Of a stretch of 64,000 nucleotides of DNA, positions 13,738-27,495 are shown piece by piece (positions within the stretch are counted from its first letter, which is position 1; each line of letters starts with the position of its first letter). Source of the stretch: Octopus vulgaris (taxonomy: Eukaryota); NCBI GenBank assembly GCA_951406725.2, contig OX597817.1, forward strand, positions 91,326,001 through 91,390,000. The letters are read 5' to 3'. The notes beneath the pieces were generated by a model. It ran no database searches and was not told where the DNA came from. It saw only the letters and a list, made by a program, of their open reading frames with translations. A program made the position numbers and the translations under genes.

Positions 13738-13903
13738 GTTCATTATTTACATTATTTACATTTGACAGATATTTGTCCTCATCTTGTTTGTTGTTAACAC
13801 AACATTTTGGCTGATATACCCTCCACCCTTCATCAGATGTCTTGGGGAAATTTCGAACCTGGGTTCTCATTCTTAAGGTATTTTTCAATGTTGTTGTTGT
13901 TGC

Positions 13904-13943
<40 letters not shown>

Positions 13944-14050
13944 GTTATTATTATTATCATCATTATTATTATTATTCAGGTCACTGCCTGGAATTGAACT
14001 CGGAATCTTGGGGTTAGTAGCTTGCAGTCTTAACCACTATGCCATATGCC
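13738..14050 (-). mobile_element. tRNA-headed element: Pol III head, (TAA)n, then a tail with a minimal HHR
   Basis: A box TGGCATAGTGG and B box GAGTTCAATTCC (13976-14050), then (TAA)n, then gacat CTGATGA A GGGTG...CAGCC AAAA TG TT GTGTT (13796-13841, mutated). Confidence 0.75.
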
Positions 14051-14052
14051 TG

Positions 14053-14084
14053 TGGCATAGTGGTTAATAATAATAATAATGATG

Positions 14085-14148
<64 letters not shown>

Positions 14149-14308
14149 TAATTATAGTAATAACAACAACAACATCGAATGTGAATCCAGGTTCGAAATC
14201 TCCCCAAGACACCTGATGAAGGCTGGAGGGTATATCAGCTGAAACGTGTTAACAACAAACAAGATGAGGACAAATATTAGTCAAATATAAAGAATGTAAA
14301 TAATGTAT
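14053..14308 (+). mobile_element. Inverted, internally deleted second copy of the tRNA-head/HHR element
   Basis: tggcatagtggttaa + (TAA)n + gacac CTGATGA A GGCTG gagggtatat CAGCT GAAA CG TGTT (14208-14250). The tail is the reverse complement of 13740-13865. Confidence 0.75.
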
Positions 14309-14332
14309 TTAGCCTATTCTTAAATATATATA

Positions 14333-14680
14333 TATAGTTAAATAATAAAGGTAAAAATTAATATTAATTGAATTAATATCAATTTAAACCAGTGCCCTAG
14401 CATATTGAAAAAAGATCTGAAGATTCAGAAAAATTATATTACATACATATAAGAGGAATGATCACTAGGTCACACTGAAAATTTGTGGATATTTACGTAG
14501 TGGTCAGACCATATGGGGTCTACCTTTAGCATATTAGGAGTCTACCTAGTGGTCATTCCTCTTATATGTATGTAATATAATTTTTCTGAATCTTCAGATC
14601 TTTTTCGATATGCTAGGCCATTGGTTTAAATTGTTATTTTTTTTTATTAATATTCATTTTTACCCTTATTATTTAACTAT
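14333..14680. repeat. Fold-back inverted repeat (about 135-bp arms, about 75-bp spacer), Penelope-like terminus
   Basis: 14333-14470 is the reverse complement of about 14544-14680. The spacer/arm junction is repeated at 15021-15097. Confidence 0.8.
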
Positions 14681-15093
14681 AAATAACCATGTTCTCTAAT
14701 CAGTGAATTTTGCTACAGAAAATTATTATCTGCAATGTCATTTCTGGCTTCAGCATGCCAAAGCAAATACATTTGAAATATACCCCCAAATAGAATTGAT
14801 AGAACTGTATACATGTTCTCTCTTGTGAGGGCATCTCATCTATAGTTCTGTAAATTATATTTTTGATGGTTACACTGAAGATTTGCGAACATTTATGTAA
14901 ATGTAAATGGTAACAATGAAACCTGGGTATGTGACTAATCACTAATTTTTGTATCTTTCCATTTGTCTTGCTCACCTTACATTCTGGCATTTGCTGAATT
15001 TTATTGAGAATAATTTCCCTTAGTGGTCAGACCATATGGGGTCTACCTCTAGCATATTAGGAGTCCACCTAGAGGTAATTCATCTTATATGTA

Positions 15094-15142
<49 letters not shown>

Positions 15143-15322
15143 CACATACATAAAAATTTATCATATAGTGCTGTACAGTAGTATTGCTTCCCAGTAAAAC
15201 AAGGCACCTTCAGGTTAAAGTATAAATAAGATGGTGGTACAACAATGCACCAATATTTACTGCTATTTTTAGTAACTATTGGTGCATTGTTGTAACACTA
15301 TCTTATATATATGTGTGTGTGT

Positions 15323-15379
<57 letters not shown>

Positions 15380-15446
15380 CATATATGTAAAATTTGAATA
15401 TCCAATCGTGTTACAATGCTAATGTCTTCATGGATGGTAAATAGGT

Positions 15447-15500
15447 TGGATGTAGTGCTGAAGAAGGAGCAATAACTCTTGAAATATATATATACATCCA
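15447..15500 (+). ncRNA. Minimal type I hammerhead ribozyme, intact core, palindromic stem III
   Basis: TGGATGTAgTG-CTGAAGA-AGGAG caataa CTCTT-GAA-A-TATA-T-A-TATACATCCA. Stem I is 10 bp with one bulge. Confidence 0.8.
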
Positions 15501-15914
15501 TTACTTATTTGCCAGTTTTCGATTGTATTATTTACATAGATGGATTCTTATACAAAATTTTGTAACTTCCAGAACTGACTCTAGTTTCTATAGCAAATCT
15601 GTAGAAATAACTTTAGAGGTAATATATATGTATAGTGACTGGAGTAGTATTAATATCAAAAGGTAATTTTTATTTTCAGCCTTAGATGTTGTGTTAGAAC
15701 ACAGAATACTGCATTATTTATCTTGAGAGGACTTCTTATATGAACACATGCTGCATAAAAGTACTCATATATATATTGTTGACAGATGAGTGCTTTTATG
15801 TACGATGAATCCATATGAGAGATCTTCTCGAAAGAAATAATACAGTATTCTGTGTCCAAACACAACATTCAAATTAAGTTGGAGATGAAGATTGCTTTTG
15901 ATATTTATATAGCT

Positions 15915-16292
15915 GCAGGTATGTGTGTGTGGTAAGAAGTTTGCTTCCCAACACATGGCTCCAGGTTCAGTCCCATTGTGTGGCACCTTGGGCAAGTGTC
16001 TTCTATTATAACCTCGAGCTGACCAAAGCCTTGTAAGTGAATTTGGCAAATGGAAACTGAAAGAAGCTTCTCTTATATGTGTGTGTGTGTGTATCTTTAT
16101 GCCTGTGTTTGTCCTCTACCATCGCTTGACGAGTGTCGGTGTGTTTACGTCCCTGTAACTTAGCAGTTTGGCAAAAGATACTGATAGAATAAGTACCAGG
16201 CTTTAAAAAAAGAGTATGGGGTCGATTCATTCAATTAAGATTCAAGATGCTGCCCAGCATGGCTGCAGTCTTATGACTGAAACAGGTAAAGG
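15915..16292 (+). mobile_element. tRNA-derived CORE-type SINE, octopus OR-like
   Basis: tRNA-like head, CORE-like tgtggcaccttgggcaagtgtcttc, internal (TG)n, tail gcatggctgcagtc..tgactgaaacag. Partial copies at 21000-21160, 21690-21865, 26780-27000, 29850-30085 and 49395-49560. Confidence 0.8.
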
Positions 16293-16879
16293 ATATGTGT
16301 GCATATGTGTATATATATATATATCAGCATACAGTTTGTTCACTGAAATTATAAACAAAGACACTGGTTTGTTTATGTCCTAAGGTCTTAGTATTTTCTG
16401 CTGATGAGACACACAATATCAAACCATCAGTATTCAAGAATCCCTTGCACCAGTGAGCTGAGTGAGTAATGAACACACTTTCATCATTAAAGGGTGAAGT
16501 TGTTCCTCTGTAACATACACAATAGTGACAACCATATTTGCATTTGAATCTGTTGGAATGGATTAAGAAGAAAATATGCAAGTTTTTGTTTTAAATCTTG
16601 TTGTACTGTAGAACTAATGACTATATTTATATCTATATATGTTTGTATACGTATACATATATATATATGCAACATAGATATGTGTGTGCATGTGTACACT
16701 CATATATGCATGTGCGCACACACACACACACACACACACTTATATAACTGTTCTCTATAAAAAGAAAGATCTCAGTCAGCAGCATTCGTTCACATTGTAA
16801 TCTTAATTTTTTTATTGCCAAGTCGTTAATTTCCTTAATGAAGAATATTCAGTAATTAGTAGCTTACTAATCATACACT

Positions 16880-17720
16880 GTGGTTATGTTGGCAATGGCA
16901 TTGATGGTAATGGTGGTGCTGGTAGTGGTGAGGGTGATGGTGATGATGCTGGTGGAGGTGGTTTTGATAAGAAGGAGAATAGTGATGGTAAATAATGATG
17001 ATACTGATTATCTTGATCCTGGTACTAATAGGGATAGGATGGTGATGATGATTATGATGATGATGATGATGATGATGATTGCATTGATAGTAGTGATTAC
17101 ATTTACTATCATCATTGTTGTCATTGTAATGATGATGATGATGGTGATGGTGATGATGATGATGATGATGATGAGTCGATGATAGTGGTGGCGTTTTTTT
17201 TTCTAGCTTTTTTGCAATTTTTGTCATCCATTTTGAAAATGTTTTGTTTTTCAAGTAGTGAGTTTGATGAATATGCATGATGACTGGGCGTGGTGGGGTG
17301 GGGTGCGGTGGGGTATGGTGGGGTGTGGTAAGGTTGGAGAAATATAAGAAAGCTAAAGGGATGGGGAGGAGATATATAAAGAAACAGAAGCAGATGAAAA
17401 GTAGAGATGACAGGAGAGGGAGAGACAGAAACACAAAGTGAAAAAGAGAGAGTGGGAGTGAGAGGAAGTGGGAAAGCAAAAAAATGTGAATTGGAAAGAA
17501 GCAAAAGAAAAAGGAGAGACAGAGAGATTTCAAAAAAGAGGAAGCAAGATGACTGGGTGAAAAAGAAGGAGTTAATATATGAAGAAAGGGATGGGGAAAA
17601 GGAAAAGACAGATAAAGGGAGAGAACAAAGGAGGAAGCAGATAGAAATATATGAAATGAGTGAGAAAGAGAAAGTAAGTGCGTGGTAATGAGAGAGGATT
17701 GGAGACAGAAGAGGGCAAGG
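16880..17720. repeat. Low-complexity (GAT/GGT)n tract followed by a purine-rich GA tract
   Basis: Directly visible; explains the poly-His, poly-Met and E/R/K-rich ORFs. Confidence 0.85.
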
Positions 17721-17973
17721 AATCAAACAAAATGTCCTGTGTCTCTTTACATTCTGAGTTCAAATCTTGCTGAGGTCTTTCATCCCTCTGAGGTCAGTAA
17801 AATGAAGTACCAGTAGCATACTGTTGTAGAAACAGACCGAGAGAGAGAAGAGGGATGAAGGGTGAGAAGAGGGAGAGAGAGAAGAGGGACGGAGGGTAAG
17901 AAGTGAGAAGTGAGGGTGAGAATGCTCACATATTGCAACTTCCATCTTTCATTTTTTTATATATATCTATATA

Positions 17974-18367
17974 CTAGCAGTATTACCCGGTGTTGCTTGG
18001 GTTTGTTTCAGCCCTTTAGAATTGGAATTTTTGAAAAGTAAACATTTTGCATTATGCAACTTGCTATTCTCTTTAAGTGAACATTTTTCCAGTTGAAATA
18101 CACCGAAAAATGGTGACACAGCAGTCAAAAATCGTAAAAAATAGGTATTTTCATAGAAAAAAAGCACCTTTTTAATGTAAATAATTTTTGGTGTTAATAT
18201 GGTCCGATTTGAATTTTATCTTCTACAGAATGAAGAGCAAGCCTTCTTCTATCATACTCTCAATTTTGGTTAACTTGCGCTGCAGGGTCTCGAAGGAGAT
18301 AGTGTTAGTTGAAGGCTACCAAACCTTCAACACACAGACAACTTCAGCTTTATATATATATAGAAGA
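17974..18367 (-). mobile_element. Non-autonomous Helitron (family A)
   Basis: The minus strand starts A|TC and ends with hairpin ccca-agcaacac-cggg, a short spacer and CTAG|T. No TSD. Confidence 0.8.
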
Positions 18368-18368
18368 T

Positions 18369-19066
18369 TTGCTACACACTACTTTCCATCCTTAATAATG
18401 AAACTTGGTAGCTCCAAAAGTTAAATACACAGACACACACACAGATACACACACAGACACACAAGTTGAGTTTTATATATATAGATTTCTCAACGGGTAT
18501 TTCAGGGGAGAGTTTCAGGGGGTCGCTGGCGATGTATCGTGATGATCAAAAATCCAGCCTGCTAAAATTTGGTTAAAGTGATTCAAACTGCAGACTTAAC
18601 GCAAAATGGTCACATTTAATTCAAAGCATTAAAAATGTTATGAAAACAATTGGTATGTGTTCACAAAGTCCAAACGATTAATATGAAAAAACCCTCCAGG
18701 CTACATCCCGAAAATTCATTTCTTTGCCGAATTTCTACAATGTTTACGGCGATTCGTTTTTATATCTTGATTTTTTTATTTTTCATGCAATTTACGAATG
18801 TTTGCACGCGTGGTGAACACAGTTCACGTCAAACAGCTGACTGAGTAAAGTTCACTATTCAATGCATGGAATAAGGCCTAAACAAACACATTATCGATTT
18901 TTGCCCTTGTGAGATGAATTTCAGAACAGAGATAGCGCAGTTCAATTTTCATTCGCCTAAACTTTAAGTGACCCATTTTTTGTGGTTCTACGATTTGTTG
19001 GCTAGGAGGAGATGTGCCAGGAAGTTAAGCACAAAGACACACAAGTTGAGTTTTATATATATAGAT
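18369..19066 (-). mobile_element. Two stacked Helitron 5'-end modules
   Basis: Both end on + in cacacaagttgagttttatatatatagat (about 18486 and 19066), which is A|TC on the minus strand. Confidence 0.55.
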
Positions 19067-19448
19067 ATATAAAGCTGAAGTTGTCTGTGTGTAGCAGGTT
19101 TGGTAGCCTTCAACTAACACTATCTCCTCCGAGACCCTGCGGCGATAGTTGACCAAAATTGGCAGTATGAGAGAAGAATGCTTGCTCTTTATTCCGAAGT
19201 AGATAAAATTCAAATCGGACCATGTTAACACCAAAAGTTATTTACATCAAAAGGTGCTTTTTTTTTCTATGAAAATCCCTATTTTTTACGATTTTTCACT
19301 GCTGTGTCGCCATTTTTCAGTGTATTTCAACCAGAAAAATGTTCACTTAAAGAGAATAACAAGGTACATAATGCAAAATTTTTACTTTTCAAAAATTTCA
19401 ATTCTAAAGGGTCAAAATAAACCCGAGCAACGCCAGTCGATACTGTTA

Positions 19449-19449
<1 letters not shown>
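19067..19449 (+). mobile_element. Non-autonomous Helitron (family A), opposite orientation
   Basis: Diverged reverse complement of 17974-18367; ends cccgagcaacgccagtcgatactgttag. Confidence 0.8.
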
Positions 19450-19513
<64 letters not shown>

Positions 19514-19676
19514 GTATGTATGTATATATATATATATATATATATGTTATGTATGTATGTATATGTGTATATATATATAATATATGTATGTATATATATA
19601 TATGTGTGTGTAAGTGTATATATTTATATATATATAAATATATACATATATATATATATATGTATGTATGTATGTA

Positions 19677-20723
<1,047 letters not shown>

Positions 20724-21219
20724 ACATATATAGTTGTTTAGCCCCAGGTCAACCCTGATCAATCAGGTATGTGACCAAATTTGTTCCAATCACAGCAGTT
20801 CTTGTTATGGATCACATTATTACCATTATCTAATCCTTAATCTAACCTTTTTGGGAGATGGTTGAGGTAAAATTTTTAGCAGGCCAAGCAACTACATAAC
20901 TCCCTCTTAAATCAGTAGTAAGGATGGTTGTGGGAATGGTGGTGGTGGAGTTCAAAGCAATCAATCTGTTATCTTTTATCTGATACTAGTTTCACTGGAC
21001 TGCAAACATCCTGGACCACTGTCTTGAAGAGTTTAGTCGAGCAAACTGACCCCAGCACTTATCAGTCTCTTTTGATGAAATGCAAAGTTACAGGGATGTA
21101 AACAAACCCACTGGTTGCCAAACAGTGGTGGGAGCAAACACAAACAAATATAAAGATACATGCATACGTACATACATACATGCATAATACATATATACAT
21201 ACATACATACATACATACA

Positions 21220-21250
<31 letters not shown>

Positions 21251-22133
21251 CCTACATACATACATACATACATACATACATACATACATACATACATACA
21301 TACATACATACATTAGATATAGATAATCTCTATGTCTGAAAGCTAGATGGGACAGTAATACTTGTAATGTCTTTAATTATTGTTCTACTTAATCAGAGAT
21401 GACTGATTGCTAAAGAAATAATTACTAATATAGTAATTAAGATACTAAATTATATCCATTAAGTAGCCATAGAATAGTTTATTAAATTCTTCAAAATATA
21501 ACACAAGTGTATGTTATACGTTAGTTGCATGTATCACATGCACATTTTATCTTTAGGAAATACATTTACACTAGATGTGTGTCATAAGTGTTTTAAGATA
21601 GGGCCACATATCTGTTCTAGAAGTACCTTTTACATATTCATTATGTAATATAGATATGTTTCATATGTATATGGAGGCATAGACATAGCTATGTATTTCA
21701 TGATGTTGCTAGCAACCATGTGGTGTTTTTGTATTCAGTCTCACTGTGTGGCTCTTTTGGAAAGTCTACTTCTACTATAGCTCCCAGTAATATGCTGTGA
21801 TTGGAACAAATTTGGTCACAGACCTGAGTGAATTTGGTAGATGGAAACTGTATGGAAGCTCTTTGTGTGTGTGTGTGTGTGCGTGTGTGTGTGTATACAC
21901 ATATATATATATTTATATACACATATATATATATATACAAATATATATTGCCATGATAGATCGGTAGCCACTACACACATTTTTTTCTCTTCTTGTTTTT
22001 TCTGTGTCCGTTTCTGTAGAAGAGCGTAGGCTCGAAATGTAAAAGACTTTTTCAATTCCTGAACTTTATACTAATACATCTGTTTGTTTTCTACACCACC
22101 TGTTTTCTTTTGTTTATTCGTGAACTCTCTCCC

Positions 22134-22171
<38 letters not shown>

Positions 22172-22197
22172 CATACATACATACATACATACATACA

Positions 22198-22270
<73 letters not shown>

Positions 22271-22275
<5 letters not shown>

Positions 22276-22820
22276 GGGTGGGTAATTCGCAATTTTTCAA
22301 CCTAAAGGCAGAAATATATACAACACTAAAGTGACAAAGGGCACTAATCAGCACCAGTATTGCTAGAAATAAGAGTCAAAACAACTCGATAATCATAGAA
22401 GCACTATCTTAATGATGTCAAGGGAGACAAGCTCCCTACAGTTGCAGATGTAGCCAGATCATCAGTGATTTTACATTTTGATGCTTAACACATCTTAATG
22501 CTCAATGGTGGCTCTCACCACACCTAGGATTAAACACAGCTCACCTTGTCAGCTTATGAGATTTCTCTTGAAATCATACACTGATTTCAAAAATGGCAAA
22601 AATGAAAATCATAAATAATATGGGTGGCTAATTTGCAATTTTACAACCTAAAGGCAGTAATATATACGTCACTAAAGTGAACAAAGAGCTATATCTGCAA
22701 CCTTAGGGAGCTCATCAGTCATTAAGATAGTGCTTCTATGGGTATTGAGTTACTTTGACTATTATTTCTAGTAATACTGGTGCTAATTAGTGCCTTTTGT
22801 CACTTTAGTGAAGTGTATAT
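22271..22820. repeat. Combined direct and inverted partial repeats, Penelope-like terminal architecture
   Basis: 22271-22338 repeats directly at 22618-22686. About 22315-22462 is inverted at about 22687-22820. Confidence 0.7.
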
Positions 22821-22839
22821 ATATATATATATATATATA

Positions 22840-23344
22840 CTAGCAGTATCGCCCGGCGTTGCTCGGGTTTGTAAGGGAAATAACTATATAAGCATTTTTA
22901 GAGAGTTATAGCCAAAAAATAGCAAAAAATGCATTAAAAATGGAAAAAATATGATGGTAAATTTTTTTTAAATCGTTGACTCATCGTAGACATTTTTAGA
23001 GAGTTACTTCCTTATATAATAGCGAAAAAATGCATTAAAATGGAAAAAAAACGATGGTAATTTTTTTTTTAAATCGTAGCTGCTAGTTCCTCAACAGTTA
23101 CGATGATATTTTGTTCCACCAGGGTTTTCAGGATGTCCTTGTCGAGTTCTACAGATCTTTCAGGATGAGGCTCGTCTTCTAGGCTGTAGTTTATGGCTCG
23201 GGATTTCTGGAACCACCATTGACACTGCCTTACGCTTATTGTCCAATCCCCATATACTGCATTAATATTTCTTGTACTTTGCACACATTTATATTCTGTT
23301 ATTCTTTTATATGTTTCAGCCTTGAGGTTGTGGCCATGCTGGAT

Positions 23345-23375
<31 letters not shown>

Positions 23376-23599
23376 CTATCTGTCTGTCTGTCTGTATGTA
23401 TATATGTATATGTATGTGTGTGAACAATAATATTTTCAACAGATGTGTTGCAAATGTATCTGATTGTTCTCAAGCTTCAATACTGTGTGTGTGTGTGTAT
23501 GTGTGTGTGTGTATGTATGTATGTATATGTATGTATGTATATGTATGTATGTATGTATGTGTGTATGTATGTATGTGTATGTATGTATGTGTGTGTGTA

Positions 23600-23634
<35 letters not shown>

Positions 23635-24081
23635 ATGTATGTATGTATGTATGTATGTATGTATGTTTACTTTATTACTAATTACTCTCTTCCAAGAACA
23701 TTTTCACTCACTCTTAGCTCTTAGCTTCCCATACATTTTACTCATGTATCTATCAGCGTCATAGACAGAATACTTTCACTTTAGTCTTCCTCAAATCACT
23801 CTGTCGCTATTTACTTTCATTTTATTCGTTGCCCACTGTGTGTGTGCGTTTGCGTGTGGTGTAAACCAGACTAAGAAAAGCATTTGACACACACACCAGA
23901 ATGTGAGTTTTCTGTAAATTTTGCTTAATTGGAGTTTAAATTTTAAAAACTGGACCTGGCATGACGCGATGCATTGTACTGTTAAAAATGCCAGGTAAAT
24001 TGTAATTGAAGAAATCCTATATTGTAGATTTCTATAACTCCCAAAGGGAGGCAGATAAAATCTGCCTTTTATAATAAGAGA
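22840..24081 (-). mobile_element. Composite Helitron (head B, captured DNA, tail C), internally deleted
   Basis: CTAG at 22840-22843 with a cccgagcaacgccggg hairpin; 5' TC at 24081; contains a mariner piece at 23080-23280. Confidence 0.8.
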
Positions 24082-24085
24082 TATA

Positions 24086-24565
24086 TCTCTTATTATAAAA
24101 GGCAGATTTTATCTGCCTCCCTTTGGGAGTTATACAAATCTACAATATAGGATTTCTTCAATTACAATTTACCTAGCAATTTTAAGAGTACAATGCATCG
24201 CGTCATGCCAGGTCCAGTTTTTAAAATTTAAACTCCAATTAAGCAAAATTTACAGAAAACTCACATTCTGTGTGTGTGTCAAATGCTTTTCTTAGTCTGG
24301 TTTACAGCACACGCAAACGCACACACACACTGTGTAACGAATAAAATGAAACTAGATGTAATATTTGTTACTGTCCATGAACGCTGATAGATACATGAGT
24401 AAAATGTATGGGAAGCTAACAAATAAGAGTGAGTGAAAATGTTCTTGGAAGAGAGTAAATTTGAAGCTTGAGAACAATCAGATACATTTGCAACACATCT
24501 GTTGAAAATATTATTATTCACACACATACATATACATATATACATACAGACAGACAGACAGATAG

Positions 24566-24596
<31 letters not shown>

Positions 24597-25954
24597 ATCC
24601 AGCATGGCCACAACCTCAAGGCTGAAACATATAAAAGAATAACAGAATATAAATGTGTGCATGTGTGTGAGAGAGAGAGTGTGTGTGTATATGTATGTAT
24701 GTATGTATGTATATATATATAATAATGCGGTTTTTTCAACAGCTTGAACTAAAAGTCAGAGGGGAATGGGATAAACTACTTATATTAACTTGCTATAAAA
24801 GCAGGTAGTAATTTTATCTTGTCCTTATTCATAGTGCAAGTTTTGAAGAGTGCATTTCGATTTTAACAGCTATTTTTTTTCAAAGCTATGTTGGAAGTAA
24901 CAAAGGAGCATATTTGGCATATTTTGCTTTATGAGTTCAATAAAGACAACAACGCAACGGAAAGTACAAGAAATATTAATGCAGTATATGGGGATTGGAC
25001 AATAAGCGTAAGGCAGTGTCAATGGTGGTTCCAGAAATTCCGAGCCATAAACTACAGCCTAGAAGACGAGCCTCATCCTGAAAGATCTGTAGAACTCGAC
25101 AAGGACATCCTGAAAACCCTGGTGGAACAAAATCTCATCGTAACTGTTGAGGAACTAGCAGAGAAGCTTGGATTTGGTCATTCAACCATTCATTGAGACC
25201 TGTGTGCTATCGGAAAAGTCAACAAATTGGGTCAATGGGTTCCTCACGAACTTTCCGAGTCTAATTGCATGCAGAGAGTGAATGTATGCTTTTCTTTGCT
25301 GTCACATCTCACCACTACTGCGCTATGTATATCTATATATATAAAACTGTAGTTGTGTGAGTGTCTGTCACCTTCGATTTAGATTCCTAACTACTCCCAC
25401 ATTTTGCGGTGCAGTTTAACCAAATTCGGGTAGCTTATAGTCGTGATTCATATCGAGCCCGTCTGAGTATTAGCACGCGTCTACAATGAGTCTACGATTT
25501 TAAAAATAATTTAACATCATTTTTTATTCCATTTTAATGCATAATTTTTCGTGTGTCGATGGCGGTGGAGTTGGCGTCCACGCTCACACCTGCACCTGTG
25601 GGGAAGGGAGTGTAAGGAAATCAACGTCGTAATGCGTTGTCAAGGAGACCAGTGTTCTTTTAGAACAACGACTTCATGGCTTGAAGACACCAAAACAGAA
25701 ATGGCTAAGAAAGCGTCTACATGAGTCTACGATTTAAAAAAAAATTTACCATCGTTTTTTTTCCATTTTAATGCATTTTTTCGCTATTATATAAGGGAAG
25801 TAACTCTCTAAAAATGTCTACGATGAGTCAACGATTTAAAAAAAATTTACCATCATATTTTTTCCATTTTTTGCTATTTTTTGGCTATAACTCTAAAAAT
25901 GCTTATATAGTTATTTCCCTTACAAACCCGAGCAACGCCGGGCGATACTGCTAG
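24086..25954 (+). mobile_element. Composite Helitron (head B, SINE tail, mariner fragment, complete Helitron C at 25332-25954)
   Basis: Starts A|TCTCTTATTATAAAAGG and ends with hairpin plus CTAG (25951-25954). Confidence 0.8.
24888..25310 (+). pseudogene. Mariner transposase N-terminal fragment (two HTH domains through WVPH)
   Basis: MLEVTKEHIWHILLYEFNK...WFQKFR...LEDEP...ELAEKLG...STIH, then an out-of-frame GQWVPHELS. Confidence 0.85.
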
Positions 25955-26440
25955 TCTTATTATAAAAGGCAGATTTTATCTGCCTCCCTTTGGGAGTTAT
26001 ACAAATCTACAATATAGGATTTCTTCAATTACAATTTACCTAGCATTTTTAAGAGTACAATGCATCGCGTCATGCCAGGTCCAGTTTTAAAAATTTAAAC
26101 TCCAATTAAGCAAAATTTACAGAAAACTCACATTCTGGTGTGTGTGTCAAATGCTTTTCTTAGTCTGGTTTACACCACACGCAAACGCACACACACAGTG
26201 GGCAACGAATAAAATGAAAGTAATTCACTTACTGTAGTGAGTGATTCTTTCACTCTGCCTCCCACTTCCTCTTTCCACACATGGACACGCAAATATATAA
26301 ATAAAATTGTAAGCTAACGTGCGTGTGTGTGAGTGTGTGTGTGTGTGTGTGTGCGTGTGTGTGTGTGTGATGGTGTGTGTGTGTGTGTGTGCGTGTGCGT
26401 GTGCGTGTGACAGGAAAGTTTTTTACGACGAATATAAGAC
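25955..26440 (+). mobile_element. Helitron head B joined directly to the preceding CTAG
   Basis: CTAG|TCTTATTATAAAAGGCAG junction; near-identical to 24088 onward. Confidence 0.7.
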
Positions 26441-26463
26441 CTATATCCAAGTAGCAGAAAGAT

Positions 26464-26727
26464 AAGACAGTAAGGTGTGATTTGAGGGAGATTTGGCTGC
26501 TATTTCTACCATGTCTAACTGCCATGTAGGGGTCTCCCTCATAGGCTCATACATATATATTTACATAGATAAGACAGTAAGGTGTGATTTGGGGGAAATT
26601 TGGCTGCTATTTCTACCAGGTCTAGCTACCATGTAGAGGTCCCCCTCATTGGCTCATATATATAAGAGATACATAAGACAGTAAGGTGTGATTTGAGGGA
26701 GATTTGGCTGCTGTTTCTACCAGGTCT
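26464..26727 (+). repeat. Tandem repeat, about 105-bp unit, 2.5 copies
   Basis: aagacagtaaggtgtgatttg(a/g)ggga(g/a)atttggctgct at about 26464, 26572 and 26675. Confidence 0.85.
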
Positions 26728-27074
26728 GTTAGGCCTTCTCATGTAAACTCAAGCTTTCTCATGCCTTGAACATGTATTCTTTTATTCTTCTGCTTTTTCC
26801 AGCCATTGGTCTGTGGCCATGCTGGGGCAATGCCTTGAAGAATTGTAGTTTAATGAATCAACTCCAGTTTTATTTTTGTAAGCATTGTACTTATTCTATC
26901 TGTTTCCTTTGTCAAACCACTAGGTGACAGGGATGTGAACAAACCAACATTCGTTGTCAAGCAGTGGTGGAGGACAATCACAAGCACAGACACGCACACA
27001 CACACACATACATGCATACACATATACACACATACATACATACATACATATATATATATGTGTGTATATATATA

Positions 27075-27395
27075 TTGCAGCGTGGAAGGTGTTTGTAAGC
27101 CATTTAAGAAACACACAAAAACCGTTACATTCACTTCAACATTTAAATTTAATTTGCCAAAATATTTTCGTCGCTTTGAGACCGCGACCTGTTCACTGAC
27201 AAAAATATCGTGCTAACAGGTCGCGGTCTCAAAGCGACGAAAATATTTTGACAAATTAAATTTAAATGTTGAAGTGAATCTAACGGTTTTTGTGTGTTTC
27301 TTAAATGGCTTATAAACACCTTCAACGCTGCAACTGTTTTCGTTCCAGCACACGATCTCAGATCAAGTCACTTGCTATGCAAGTACATCTCTGTA
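27075..27395. mobile_element. Fold-back Penelope/retrozyme-like element (about 120-bp arms) with a G3-C8 HHR
   Basis: 27075-27193 is inverted at 27216-27333. Same family at 48271-48405 and 49573-49910. Confidence 0.75.
27154..27202 (-). ncRNA. Minimal type I hammerhead-like motif with a G3-C8 swapped core
   Basis: TTGTCA-GTGAACA-G-GTCGC ggtctcaaa GCGAC-GAA-A-ATAT-T-T-TGGCAA. Confidence 0.7.
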
Positions 27396-27495
27396 ACTAT
27401 ATATATATTTATATATATATATATATATATATTGGTAAAAACAGTAAGATAACAAAATAAAGAAAGAGACCTCAATATTATGTAAATAGAGGAAA

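Noticed and set aside
13976-14050. Functional tRNA gene
   Set aside because: A and B boxes are present, but the acceptor and anticodon stems do not pair well and it is fused to a repeat tail; treated as a SINE head.
14700-14990. 96-aa ORF
   Set aside because: No recognisable motif; such a length is plausible by chance.
16871-17726. His-rich 220-aa and hydrophobic 201-aa ORFs
   Set aside because: They derive from GAT/GGT and GA low-complexity tracts, with no domain or splice support.
22455-22725. Two CTGATGA motifs on the minus strand
   Set aside because: No matching stem II/GAAA strand could be found.
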